This document shows, piece after piece, positions 1 through 13,318 of a DNA stretch of 64,000 bases. Origin of the DNA: Microthyrium microscopicum (lineage: Eukaryota); assembly GCA_010405405.1 (NCBI GenBank), contig MU004245.1, positions 375,256 to 439,255 on the forward strand, given 5' to 3'. Below the pieces are notes generated by a model. The model did not search any database. It saw nothing but the letters and a program-made list of their open reading frames with translations, and had not been told where the DNA came from. Both the position numbers and the translations under genes were made by a program. Numbering within the stretch: position 1 is the first letter of the stretch; each line of letters begins with the position of its first letter.

Positions 1-2139
1 ATCTGAAAGGATTGATGGGGCCTTGGATGTATGGTGAAACAGACCGAAAGCGAAGACGACTCAATCATACCCAATTGAAGAGGCATCGTTCGTCAGCAAG
101 CAGACCAGACAATGATTTGCCAGGTACCGAGAATGTGGACGGTGCTGATAGCAGTGGATGGCACGGTGCCTTTCAGAAGATTGTAGAGATAGCAAAGACC
201 GACTTTCCTCTTGTTGCGGATGCTATAGATCAATGGAATGGCCCAGAGGACCTCGATTTGGGTGGCTACGTCGATTCCATCTCTTCAGATGACCAGGAAC
301 TTGCACAGAGCTACATACAAACTGCATTTGCCAGCATATATGCGTCAGAACTGGGAAGCAAACAGGCTGCTGCCATTGCTTGGAGAATTCTGGGCCGAAT
401 AGGTGCCCTAATGGACATTCACGACGAACTTCCAGACTTGGAAGACCAGGCAGAACAGCTATCTGGTCTCACGGATCCGAAGTTAGAGATCAAGGAATTA
501 CCAAATGCTATACTAGATCCCGAATCACTCTTGCGAAAGGACCATCCCCTGACCGCAGTATCTAAGAACAACCTACTCAGTGCACAGTACTTCATACTGT
601 CTACATTTCTCCTCATGCACTACGGACAATCTTTATCAGTGATTGGAACTGTGAAATGCAAGTTCCATTTGGATAAGGAGGAACAATCAATCATGTTTCA
701 GAAGCTCCTCCATCACCTTGCGACTACCTCAAATCGATCCGACTCAGAATGGATGGAGACCAGAAGGAGGCTGCTCTGGTTATGGGGATGGGGATCAGAG
801 ATCACAGACTCAGAGACTGGAAATGGAATATTTGGCAAAGCTAGTCGCAAAACCATCGAGAAAGACATCCTAGAGGCACTGGTGCAATCGGGAAGCTACT
901 CGACGGTCACCAACTTATACATCAAAGGCAGCGAAAAGTTCCTACTACCAGAAGAAGCTGAGCAAGTCATAGCCTCCACTGCTCTTCATTACTACGACAA
1001 CGCCAGCAACGGCAACCGGCACCGCGGCACCATGAAGAAAGCATCCGACATCATCGCCGCCTTTGCCAAATACTACCCCAAATCCACCACATTCCCACGC
1101 TTGCAGGCCCTCCTCGCTGCCACCCACGCCATGTCTTCCTACTCTCTCACACTCCAACACGGCGTTCCCTTCCAGCCCGTCAACATCCGCGTCTCCTCAG
1201 ACCCTCTCTCCCTTATTGAGAAAATCCTCTCCCAAAATCCAGGCTCCTACGCCAAAGCCACCGACCTCGTATCCATCGGCACCAATCTCATCGCCGCAGG
1301 CCTCACTGCCAGCGCAGATGATCCACCAATCTCCAAAGCGAGCCTCGAAACCCGGCAATCTGCCGCCCAGCGTCGCGTCATCGGCATGGCTATCGAAGCC
1401 GCGCTAGCCGAAGACGACTTTGAAACAGCATACAGCTACGTAGTCAACCGTCTCGATACTTCCTCCGCTACCATGCATGCGCCAACCACGAGCTCAGACG
1501 ACGATGACATTGCATGGCGCGCTGCATTAGCTGCTGGGAAACACAAGTCCAACTCATCTGCAGCACCGAATACGCGCCGTCTCGAGCAGCGCATGGATCT
1601 GCTTTCCCAAGCTCTCCTCCTCGCACCACCATCCGCCCTTCCTGAAATCTTGTCTGCCTGGCGTCGTTGCGAAGAAGAGATGAGCGCTGTTCTTGCTGCG
1701 GAAGCTGCCACGGAAGCGGAGTTGGACGAAGGACTTGTGCCGGGCGCGTACATAGAAAGTGCAGCGCCCGTACAGGCCCGGCGGGAAGTCGGAAGAGGCG
1801 CAAACGAGGAGGCGCCAATGGGACTATTTGACGTTGCACGTGGAGCAGCGGGCGCGTTCGCAAAGAGCGCGTTTCCATTGCGCGGTGGGCAGGGAACACA
1901 GCCGGTGCAAGTGGTGGATACGGTGGGAAGTGATGGCGAGATGGGCAGTGATGATGGAATGGGACGTGTTAGACGACGAGATATGGTTGCTAGTGCGGTG
2001 AGTGGTGGAGCGAGTGCTGTCACGGGTGGTATCGCCAGCGGGTTGGGTTGGGTGCTTGGTAAGTCGAATACTGAATGTTCCTGGTCACAACTAACATGAT
2101 ATAGGAGCAACGCCTGTGCAGAATCCGCCCAGACAGTAG
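1..2139 (+). CDS. SEC39: Sec39-domain protein (Dsl1 tethering complex), 5' part outside the window
   Basis: ORF 12-2099 has the fungal Sec39 motifs YDNASNGNR.RG.MKKA, ATHAMSSYSLTLQHGVPFQPVNIR, AL.EDDFETAYSYV and EEAPMGLFDVARGA. Predicted intron 2059-2104 (GTAAGT..CTAAC..TAG); last exon ends GATPVQNPPRQ* at 2139. Confidence 0.85.
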
Positions 2140-2346
2140 TGTTGAGAGTTGAATGAAGCACATGAGCAATATCTAGCAATCAGAACCTTTTTTTTTTACT
2201 AAAACCCGGAATCACTAAGTCCTATAAAATTACATGAATTGAAAACAGTCAGTCAGTACTCAATATTTTGGTCGCATGGGCAAGTGCATGGATCCATTCG
2301 CCTGTTCGTCAGTAACCTTTCCCTTACTTCTATCCTCGGTTTCATT

Positions 2347-4404
2347 CTATGCACCGGGTGGTGGAGGTGGTGGTACGTCGCCGCCAGGGGGCTTGATGTT
2401 ATTAGTTGAGGTCATGACACGGACTTTGTAGAGGAAACTTACCGGTGGTGGAGGTGCATCAGCAGGTGGTGGTGGAGGTGCACCCGCTGCATAACCCTGA
2501 GGCATGCCACCAGGTGCAGCAGCCGCAGCAGCGGCGTACTGAGCATACTGAGCAGCATAAGCGGCATAGTCATAGTTTCCATATGCACTTGCCGCAGCGG
2601 CTGGTTGCTGCCATGAAGCAGCACCGCCAGCTGGTGCAGCTTGTTGATTTCCATATCCGCCATAACCACCAGCACCAGCACCACCGCCATAGCTATCGTT
2701 GTTGTTGCCACGATTACCCGCAGCCCAAGGAGCAGCGCCGGAACCGCTGTCACGATCCTCACGAGGACGAGACCATGGGGCAGCTGCACCAGTTGGGCCA
2801 CGCTGCCATGGAGGAAGACTCGAATCACCTCCCGCGCCGGCAGAGCCACCATTGTCGTAGCCACCAGGTCCAGCTTCGAGGCGGGCCACTGGAGCGCCAC
2901 CGCCTCCAAGCTCTTGCATGAGAGACTCGTATTCGCGGTCGACAGCATCACCAATCTTGCCAGCAACAGGCCGAGGAGCACCAGGCGCGCCACGCTCTTC
3001 ATTACGCCAATTGGCACCACGTTGACGATCTGGACAATCTCGGGCCATATGCCCAGCGTTTCCACATACTCGACAAATGATACCTGCAGTGAAGTTACGT
3101 TGCTCAGGACAATCATACTTGCGATGTCCAATTTGACCACCTGTTATCATTAGCTTGTTGTATTTATATCCAAAGCCTGCAACTTACAGTTTTGACACGC
3201 TTGGTTCTCGTCGTCACGGAGGGTACCGTTCAGAGTGGCTAATTCGCGAAGCTGGTTACGCTTAAGCTCATTTTGTCCCTCTGGAATGGATGCCGCCTGA
3301 GTTTTGTTAGTACATGCGCGAGGATGAGCCAGATGTGACTTACTGTCTCGATGATCTTATTGATCAGCTTCTTGGCCTTGTTGACTTTTTCTTCGGTATC
3401 GGCCATGATCAAACAATGAAGGTCTTCTTCCTGGTTGCTAGTGTGAGCAGCGTCAGAACGGCCTTTGCCTTCCTTGACAGAGCCTTTGCCTCGAATGGCG
3501 ATTTTGGCGCCAGATTCTCCTTCCATCTTCTTCAAAGTATTACCACGAGGTCCAATAAGTAATCCAACTGTTAGTAGCAAAAAAAGCCAAAGATTAGTAG
3601 TGTTCATGAAATAAGAGCATTGACGGTTAGTGATAGGAATAGACTCTGGATCGCAAATAGACGAGTCCAGAGGGGGAGATAGGATAAGAATATGCGCTCA
3701 AGGGTTAGAGACTGAGGGTTAGCAATCATACTGAAGTTAATTTCCGGATAGTCATTGACCGGCACGTAGACTTTCTCTTGAGTCTTGGTGGGACGTCTAT
3801 AGTCAGACGGTGGGTGATAGTTAGGGATTGTCTTCATGGCTTTTTCGATGAGCTTATGACGCTCATCTTCCAGGCGTTTACGATAACGGGATTCACGAGT
3901 ATTGACACGGCGACCCTGGTTGTCGTACTGTGGAGGCGGCGAAGGAGAACTAGAAATTGTGAGCTAGATTGTTGTTGAAGGAGGGCAGAAGGACTTACCG
4001 ATCACCGTCAGCTGGGACAACATCGTTGATCCGCAGCTTCTGGCTAATCTCCTCAATACGCAGATGCAGAGTATAGGCCTCAAGCTGTTCGTTGGTCATG
4101 TTTGCCATGATGGCTGTGGGTAGACCCATCAACCCAGCAGCCTTGTTCTCCTGAGCATCACCCCATCTGTTTCGCTTTTTGCGCTTCTTCGTGCCGTCGG
4201 GATTCAGTTCTAGTTCACAATTAGCATCATTCAGGAGTATGCACAAGTCTAAAACTTACCTGCGATGGGACTACGTCCTCGCTTCTGGCTTGTCTCTTGG
4301 TAGACTGGTGCTGCGGGTTCAGGACCATCATCGTCGCCAAACCGTCGGCGACTACCGAGCGGAATGTTATTCGAGCCAGTCACGCCTTGATTACGCCAGG
4401 CCAT
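2347..4404 (-). CDS. MSL5: Branchpoint-bridging protein (BBP/SF1): KH-QUA2 domain, two CCHC zinc knuckles, Pro-rich tail
   Basis: Starts [17 protein letters not shown]. Contains [10 protein letters not shown] (ULM), [28 protein letters not shown], and knuckles [14 protein letters not shown] and [14 protein letters not shown]. Predicted introns 4210-4259, 3950-3998, 3568-3731, 3297-3343, 3141-3187 and 2392-2442. Confidence 0.95.
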
Positions 4405-4944
4405 GTTCGCGGTGTTTGAAGGAAAAAGAAGTATTAAAGGTGGAGGAGGTTTGTGGAAGATTAAGGAATTTATTTGTTCGAGTCGCGAGGTAAAGTAATG
4501 TTGCGCAGCTCAGTGAAAGTGGTGGCGCTAGGGTTACCGTCCCAGGGTTAATAGGCACCTTTTGGACTTCCTGCCTATTTAGGTAATGCGGGTGAGCCAT
4601 GTCATAGATTGTCTATTTTTCCATGTACAACCAGGTCGAAATGAACTTCTTGTCACTTATCAGCGTAACAGTAGGTCGTCTCAAAGCAGCAGAATGAAAT
4701 TTAGCCTTCCAATTTAGTCTTATCAAAAAGTAACCAACGCGAAAACTATGCTGTCTAAGTTATGCGATATGCAAGGTATTTCCCACCAGGCCGTAGCCAA
4801 CGCCACAAAATGCATTTAAATGCTACGACGCATTCTTCTCGAACATCATCAAAATTTGCGCCAGTGCGATGCGGAAATCAATGCAACCAATAGTAACATG
4901 GGTATGAGCGGCAATGATAAAGCAGCCGTTCGTATCTAGAAGAC

Positions 4945-7900
4945 TCATTTATATTTCTGTAAGTGATGTTAGCATTTTGTTCAACATCATGAAAGTGCGA
5001 TATCTTACGTCTTCGAGTCGCCTTCGACTCTGGCCATCCAAAGAGTTACCTACGCCTAGAAGCGCGGTACCTGTTGCGCGTAAAGTTCCGATTGCTGGTT
5101 TCAGTACGACTGCCGGCGCACTACGCCGTATCGCACCAACCAAATCTCCTGCACTTTCGCTCTCACGAATGTCCGTACCGACAGCGATTATGGCATCGCG
5201 CGCAGACATCAGATCCCGTTCCAGATGTCGAGCTGCATTTCGTAGACCCGAGGCCACAGTAAGCGGTTGATTGGCGTATGAGGATACAGCCCGCGACGCT
5301 GGACGGCGACCGGGAGAAGAGGAGAGGTAGCCATCATCGTCTTCGTGCGGATTTTCAGCAGGAGAAAGCATTGTTTCAGCACCTTGAAGAATGTTGCCGG
5401 TTCCAATTGCAACACGAGCGCCTAGTCGAGCCAATTCGCTAGTGGTTGTTTTGGCGAAAGCCAGGGCACCCTTTCTAATGCTGCGGATCAGGCGGCCGTC
5501 CTTCTGATATTCAGTCATGGGGATGAACACGAGGTTTCTAACCCCTGCGCCCACATTGACAATAGGACGAAATGGAGCAAGGCCTTGCAACACTGTGGGA
5601 AGCTGGTTGCGAGTAACATCGTTAACCCAGAGATCGTTGAGAACAGTATGCATGTTGTCAAAGCCAGAGATTCCATAGACAAGAAGCCGCTTGAGCATGA
5701 TATCAGCCCCATCCAGAATGACAAAGTTCATGAACTCTTTGGTGCGGCCAGATCGTAGACCTGCATAATCTACCTTCTTTGGCTTGTAATCGAGCTTGAT
5801 TGGAACCGCTCGGATTTCGATACGCTGAATAAAGGGTGGATTGGCAGGTCGACCAGTTGGTTCTCGGGAACTATCTTTGAATTCGAAGAATCGAGTGATG
5901 AAGTCCAGAGTGTCTTGATCAACATGGAGTCGAAGCGGAAGCACCGTTGCTCGTATGACCATTTCCGTTGCAGAAAGTTCTACCTTGGGTTTGACATTTT
6001 GTATCTCAATGTGAAACATTGGCTTTCCAGATGGTCTTGGGCCAGCATCGTGCATGTAGGTAATGAACTTTCTCCAAGTGGACGTAGGTACGTGATCAAA
6101 TATCTCCAGATTTCCAACCTTGACGTTGATGGAGCTTTGTGTCTCCACAACACTAGGAGGAAGAACCAATACGTCGACGGCAAGTTCGCGCACTTCGATA
6201 CTGACTTTGTGACGCTTACTTCGATCAAGCTTTAGACTTCGACTCCGCTTTCGTCTCAGATCAGGTCGAGTTGTAGAGTGAGAGGTTACAGTGGTAGTGG
6301 TACCCGTTTCCGAACCCAGGTCATCCATCTCTCGGTTGATGCGACGTCGAAGATCATGTTCATCTTTGTTGTTTGGAACAGCAATCCAGATGGATTGAAA
6401 AAGAAAGTCGCCAATCTCTGATTCTTCGTCGTCCACGTCAACCGAATGTCTTTGTCGCTCTGATCGTCGCTGTGCCGCACGAGCCTGGACATCTTCGACA
6501 GCTCGAGTAATTGTCTGTCTAGTTTTGTCCCAATCATACCCATCAAACATATTGAACATCAAAGTCTTGACTCGGAGCTCCAGCTTGAAAGGACAATCCC
6601 GTGTTGTGAGTCCAGGAATCATTCCATACCGATTTGTGGCGGATGTCCAGCCATGAATAGACTGGGGGGAGTATACTTGGTCTGCGTGGCCATCAATTCG
6701 CTCTAGAGGCGCGCCAGAGGGAGAATGGCGAAAGGTTAGAGAAGCCCTTGAGGAAAATGGTGGTCCAGATGGAATGGGTCGTTCTTGCGCCCGTTCTGAT
6801 TGTGCCACTGAATGTGTGTCAAACGATTCCATGGACTCTTCCATATCACTATCCATTGTGTCTCTATCACCAGCATCGTAAATGCTTCCAATCATTTCGT
6901 AACCATCGGACTCATCAGCAAGCAGGTCCTCATCATCATTCAAGTCGGTTATGTTCGTGGGGCTAGAAGGCTCTGCCTGCTCATAGGCCATTCCAGAGAA
7001 AGCAGAGATCAGATCTTCCGCGGGCATGGGATCAGTATAGTAGGCCATATCCTTTGAAGGGGGCGAGGGCGGGTTAAGACCATCCAGGATTTGGATCAGG
7101 GTCTGCGTTGAGTCTGCGCAAGTTTCCAGGACAAATAGCTCACTATTTATGGAGACGGTGACTGTCGACTTCTCGTTGGGTCCAGAGTCAGCTTGCACAA
7201 GAATGCTTGTAGCGTTCAAAGCACCAAGAGACCGATAACCTTGTCGTGAAAGATCAGTAATGGTCGGGCTTGTTATTTGTATAGACCTTGACCGAGGTGT
7301 TGGCTCAATCTCGAGGTCTAGTAACGCAGAGTCATCGATGGCATGCAGTGAAGCTCTTCGAATTTCCAATAATCCCTTCATAGGTGATTCGGATGATGCA
7401 TTGGCACTGAACTGTGCACTGCTGAGTAAAAGAATTCCTCGAGCAGGCTCTCCAGTTGGATTCAGACCAATAGCGCAATCCCGAATCAAGACTTTGACAT
7501 ACATCGGCTTTGGACGCGGTGATGTTGAATCCGACAAGTTTGATGTTTGTCTAGAAGGTGCCATAGGGGGAAATTGTGCTGTAGCTACAGACATCATACT
7601 AGCAGCCAAATCCTGGGAGCTCGCATCATCTGGCGCATCCATAAAGGCCATGAGAGTGGAAACTTTGTACTCGAGGCCAACATTGAAAAGTTTGACTTTG
7701 ATGGTAGGCTCCATTTCATCACCAATGATTTTGCCCATTAACATGGGAAGATGATCATCGAATGGCAATGGGACTACTTCCCCGACCATGACATCTTCAC
7801 CCTTGGATACCTGAATTGAACCAAGCTGGAAAGCAAGAAGAGCGGGTACTCCAACATGTGCCAGTCGAGCATTAGCAAGTTCAGCCGTTAATTTGCCCAC

Positions 7901-10900
7901 TCGGGAGTTGACACGAACGTTCGACTTGAGCTTGAGAATCGATACGAGTGTCAGAATTCCCGGTCGGTCATCCTCTGGAAGATACTTGGTGACGTTCGAG
8001 AGCTTAGATAATTCATCGCCAAGAGCCTGGAGTTTAGGGAGCGCCTCAAGGTCAGAAAGTTGAAAATCGATATCTTCCAGCGTAGCCCGAATGACAGAAC
8101 CTTTCTTGCGTTGACGAACTAGAGTATCCACTAAGATGTCATCTTCATCCTCATAAGGATCTCTGCTTGGTACTAGCAGCGACAATAGAGCAGTGATATC
8201 TTCTTCTTCTGGGGCGAACAAGAAATCGACCTTGGTGTTGAGAACAGTAATGGCCACTGGAGGTCGACGAGTTGATGGTGGATCCATAATTGGTCCTCGC
8301 ACTTTGATACGAGCGAGCGCAACGCTGATACCATTCGGTTGTAGATCCGCTTGTATAGAACTACTATGCAATGAGATACCACAGACTTTACCTTTAATAT
8401 CGACGTTCATACCGTCAAGCATCACAATAGCCTTGATTGGGAGAGTGTTTTGTGGTGTAGCTGTCGTGTCTGATGCCTCCAGTCGTTTGACCTGTGCCTT
8501 GGGCTTCGGACTCGGGGCACCCGCGAGCATGGTACTGTTCGAGGCCATTGAGCTGCTCAGATCAAGGACTCCACTTAGACCTCCATAGCACTCCAGTCTC
8601 TCGTCAATCTTTTGCATGTTCACAGATATTTGTAGTGGAGCTGTAAAAATGTGGACCTCCTGGCCTTTGCTTCGACTACGAATGTATTTTAACTCAATGT
8701 CAAAGGCTGGCGGCTCAGGTAAAACTCGAGAAGAAGTAGTATTTGGTGGTATACCAAACTTGACAATGTCCTGTCCGGGAATTCCAAGAGTGAAACGACC
8801 AATGTTTGCCCCAGCGACCACAAAGAAGCCGGTTTTTCGTATCTGAACCTCAGCGTCTAGTATAGTAAGCAGGACCAAGGCGTCTGATGTTGCATCCAGA
8901 TTGTGAGGCTCCGGTATTGACGTAAGATGCTCACGGACTCCAAGTTTAACTTGTTTAAACTGAACTGATAAGGAGAGAGAGGATTCTGAAGCTTTCTCAG
9001 CTGAGGATTGGGCGTGAAAGTCTCGGGATGTATCCGGGGCAGGTTCTGGAGGAGTAAGTACTCGCTGGGCCAGTACAAGAAGTAAACGAACAGCCGAAAG
9101 ATCCATTTGACCTTGTAGACAGCCTACTATCACATTAATGTCGTTGTCTGGTTGAATTGGTGAGTTCGAAGCTGAAGGCGCTTCATCGGACGGCGACTTT
9201 AAGGGGTCCTTCACTATCTGTGGCTTCTTTTCGCTTCGTCTATAATTTTGTCCATCATGGAAAGCGCCAGGCATTGCCGCAAAATAACTATCTTCCGAAT
9301 AGGCTTCCGAATCAGCCTCCGAAGCCGCATCGTCGGAAGTCTCGCTTTCGGCGTTTTCATCCACATTTCCAGCCCATGGAATCATTATCATAATTTCATC
9401 TAAGCTGAATAATGTTTTTGTTTCGAGGGATGTTGCTGGAGCGGGGAACTGCTTTGCGACAGGAGTATGCGCACCCGAGCCTAACTCAGTCGAGTCTGTT
9501 AGCTGTTTCTCCGATGCCTCGTCATCTGGTACAGGAGCATTTGCCGGTGAACGTGGTGTCGGAGTCTGGCATGTGGAATCGTCATCCTGTGAGGGGATAA
9601 CTGGGGGCTCAGATCGAGAGTGGCCGCTGAATTCTGTGTTGTCAACTGAGAGACTCGGTCTGCCAGCCTGAAATGTCTCGTCGCCGTGTGAGCCAGGTCT
9701 TGATAGGCTACTCATAGCACTTTCAAACATCATGCTTTCGGCTTCGTCGTGAGTGAAGAATTTCGATTCAGACATTTCATCCGGCTCACTCTGGCTTGAA
9801 TCGCTGCCCGAGCTGGGGGGCTCATCATCCTCAGCAAACGGAGCGGATCCCGGTATTTGTTGCGAGTCTCCCAAAAAACCCAACCCGAGACTCGATTGAG
9901 TTTGTGTCATCGGGTTGTATTCCACTTCTCGTTGATCTATACGTTCACTGTGTACTGAGGCCGACATGTGAGATGCATTTAGTCCAGAGACGGCCATGCG
10001 CAAAGGGAATTGCTCCGATTGTTTGAGGAACGACGATTGGCCTGAGCTCTGATGAGATTTCTTTCGACTACGTTTGGATTCTGCTCGAGGCCCACCGGGT
10101 TCAGAGATCATCATGGATTGAGCCATGTCACCCTCATCGTCAGATGCGTCAGCGAATCTATCGCTCTCATCCACAGGCATATGTTGAACAGCGTGATTGT
10201 GGTCCGAAAAACTCATAAGATCCTCAGGAACGTCGTCATCGGGCTCTACTGTGTAATGTTGCAATCCCAGCATTTGCGACTCTGAGACTGAACCCTGCAT
10301 CATTGAAGCCATCATAGATGGTGCCATAGGAAATTCATCAGAGTCAGAGGACTCGGGATGGGATCGAGTTGAGTATCTTGACATTTCGGGGCTTGCCTGG
10401 CTTTGTGGAGGACTTGAAATCGCGGACGAGTGGCTATTAACTCGCGACAAGGTTGCGAAAAATGCTTGGTTCGTTGTCAAGTCCGCCCGGATGCCACGAA
10501 ATACGGCGCGTCGCTTGTTCTTCTGCTTGGAGACCAAGCTCTGGGCCCGCTCAGGGTCGTGCCGCCGTGAAGTTATTCCAAGGACATCAACTTCATGGAC
10601 ATGAAAGCCGATTGAAGCTTCCAGGTCTTCTTGTATCTGCAAATGTGCAGGAATTTCATGCGCGGGAACATCGAACTCGATTACAAACGCGACTTTTTGA
10701 ATGGTGACCTGCAAGCGATCCACTATACCCTTCAAATAACCAGCTATCCAGTTAGGCAAGCTTATTTCTACGCCGGTTCCTTCGCCGGGCTCATCACCGT
10801 ATTGCAGATCGGAGTCCTCGAGGTTAGTGGCTGGCTGTTCTTGTATTGCTTCCTCTAGTTTGCGTAGCTCTGCCTCCGGCAATTCTGCCAGAACATTCTT

Positions 10901-11357
10901 TGCGACTTCCTTGGTCGATGGCAGATGTTGGCCATCTTCGTTTGTAGCTTCGGGCTCGTGTCCTTCTGTGGGAGATCGACTGGACCGGATACAGATCTCG
11001 ACTCCATTTACTTCAATCTGTATGCCACTCGCGAAGATATTGGCTGGTATCGTGACTCGAAGGGTTTTTATTCGACCTTTGGTAGGTATGAGGGAGTCTG
11101 GGAGGCCGGCGAGCTTGGAGATTTTCTACATGGAGTCAGCAGTTGTCCACTATCAGATGTTCCAAGCTTACATGAACATGTAAGCCGACATCTTGAAGCT
11201 CTATAGAGCTTTGTATGCCCCATTCAATCTTGAGTTGGTCTAACTTCAAGCTGTCGGTATCCAAAATCTCTAGTTGCGACAAGGCCAGAAGAAGAACTCG
11301 CTCTTGGAGTGAAGAAGGGAGAAGTTTGGAGGCAAATGAAGGGATCCATGACGCCAT
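4945..11357 (-). CDS. ATG2: Autophagy-related protein 2 (lipid-transfer protein)
   Basis: About 2100 aa. Chorein-N-like start, then FDGYDW, DHVPTSTWRKF, LPLRLHVDQDTLDFITRFFEFKD and KLDYKPKKVDYAGLRSG. Predicted introns 11126-11171 and 4957-5008; ends RRRLEDKYK*. Confidence 0.95.
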
Positions 11358-12239
11358 ATTTGTTGCTTGTGAATTGGCTCGGCCTCGCGCAGGCAGTTGC
11401 AGCGGATGGTTATGAGCAGTTTTGATTATCGGTGTCCATGGGAGAGGCGGTCGTCGCGCGGCGGACTAAGGTTTATGAGGGAAACGGGTAGTGCAGTAGG
11501 CGGCTCGCAGCAAAGCGATGTAGGTTAGAGCTACGTCGATACTACTGCTTATCGGTTATTTGGACATATGCGTTTGCGTGGGATAATTAGATCCTAGATT
11601 TACACAGTGAAGGCAACCGGGACCAGATCAGATGTGAGGACGACTAGGTAGTATGCGCTAGGCGTGGGCACAAGCAGCGGGGCTTAAGGTGATGTTTGGA
11701 TGGTGGCGAGGATAAGGCGTTGTATAGAGCATGCCAGAGTGCAGGTTGTGTAGGTGAAGAGGTTCGGGGATGAAGCGGAGGAAGGAAGAATATTAGGCGG
11801 GGGATTGTTAGCGGTTGAAGTTGCTAAGGGTACCGGTTGTGGATGTCTACTCTACAGTGTACCAGTCTATCGCCAGAAATGTCTTGGAGTGACGAGCAAA
11901 CTCCCACATCCCAGGCACGCGGGCTGATCACTGGGCTCATGCGCCACTTTTCACCATGTCACGTTTATTTTCAACTCCGTTTCTATCTTTATCTTCTCAC
12001 TTTCAGCTTTCTCATTTGATTAACTGTTCAGACTTATTGTGAACAAGCTTGAGGAAGAAGGTTTGTTTGGACACCGCTACTCTGATAGTTGCGGTAAGAA
12101 TCAAGAGCTGTCCATTCTCGGTTGTCGCGTGCCGCCAGACATCGACTCTCACTCACAAACACTTGATAAGAAAGAGCTTACCCCAGATTGCTGGATCTTT
12201 AATGGTTCACTATGCTCAACTACGGAAGCATGATAGCCA

Positions 12240-13318
12240 TCAATCTTGCCCTAGAAGGAACCGGAAGCCAGATACAGTCTCGCGCATCCGCTCCTTGCTC
12301 ATCTCCAAATCTGGATACGGTGCCCAAAAACAATGCGGCCATCCTGAATACATATGCAACCTAGTCGAAACTCCGCATTCCTGCCGCAAACCCGCTCATA
12401 GATCAAATTATCGTCGCGAGTTGGATCTAATCCACACACCTGGAAGAACGCGGGCGGCAACCCCAAATGTCCCTGCTTGACTTCCCCAGGTCCATCCTCC
12501 GGATGATGTTGATCAAAAGAGTATGCTAGCGGCGAGTCTGGGTCTTGCGCGCGCGCTTTGGACACCACATCCATAAACTTGCGATCTAGCACTGGAGCAT
12601 TCTTGTTTTGTTCCCAGGACAAGTAAAGTGGCTGATACTTGAATGGCACCTTGTCAGGCGAGATATACGAGCCGCAAGAGAGGAATTGACCAGTCAATGG
12701 AGGAGATAGCTGGTTGTCTCTGGCGAGATGGGCCAACACCGATGCAAGTTCCGCGCCAGCAGAAGTTCCGCCCACGATGAAGCCAAGTTTGGGGTTTGTA
12801 TCCTGAGTAAAGAGTGGTTTTTTCGGATCATGGGGTCTCTGGCTCTCTGCTGCAAGGTATTTGAGGACTTCCCAGGCACTATTGATGCCTCCAGGAAATG
12901 GGTGCTCGGGTGCTAGCTTGTATGAAGGCAGTACAACTGTGACTGAAAGCTTGGTGACCAACTGCCGCGCTAGGTCGAGTTCAAATTCTGGAAATCCTAG
13001 GCAATGGCCTCCGCCGTGGTACAAAACAACTAAAGGAGTTGGACCAGAGCTCTCAATGGGTTGACAAATGATGACTCGAGACTGGAAGCTGTCATCTACG
13101 GGGATGATATGCTCCCTTTCAATGATAGTCTCCGGTCTGGTGCTAGCAAAGGTTTGTTGTCTCGCTGGTAGAGACGCTTCTATGGCCTTCTTGAAGATTG
13201 TGATATCGTTGTCATACTCTGGCGGTGGTGTGTCTTGTAGGAATTTGGTAAACGCTTGGTCCGCAATGCCGGTTGCTAAAATGTCCTGAAAGGTCGCAGG
13301 TGGTGTTGAGAAAGCCAT
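12240..13318 (-). pseudogene. Alpha/beta hydrolase fold-3 (HSL-family) esterase with a 1-bp frameshift before the catalytic His (pseudogene or sequencing error)
   Basis: HGGG, YKLAPEHPFP, GGTSAG and CGLDPTRDD are present. The C-terminus LRQECGVSTRLHMYSGWPHCFW...GFRFLLGQD* lies in a different frame from about 12389. Confidence 0.8.

Noticed and set aside
1436..3153. Long antisense and alternate-frame ORFs over SEC39 and MSL5
   Set aside because: Shadow ORFs expected from GC-rich, low-complexity coding sequence.
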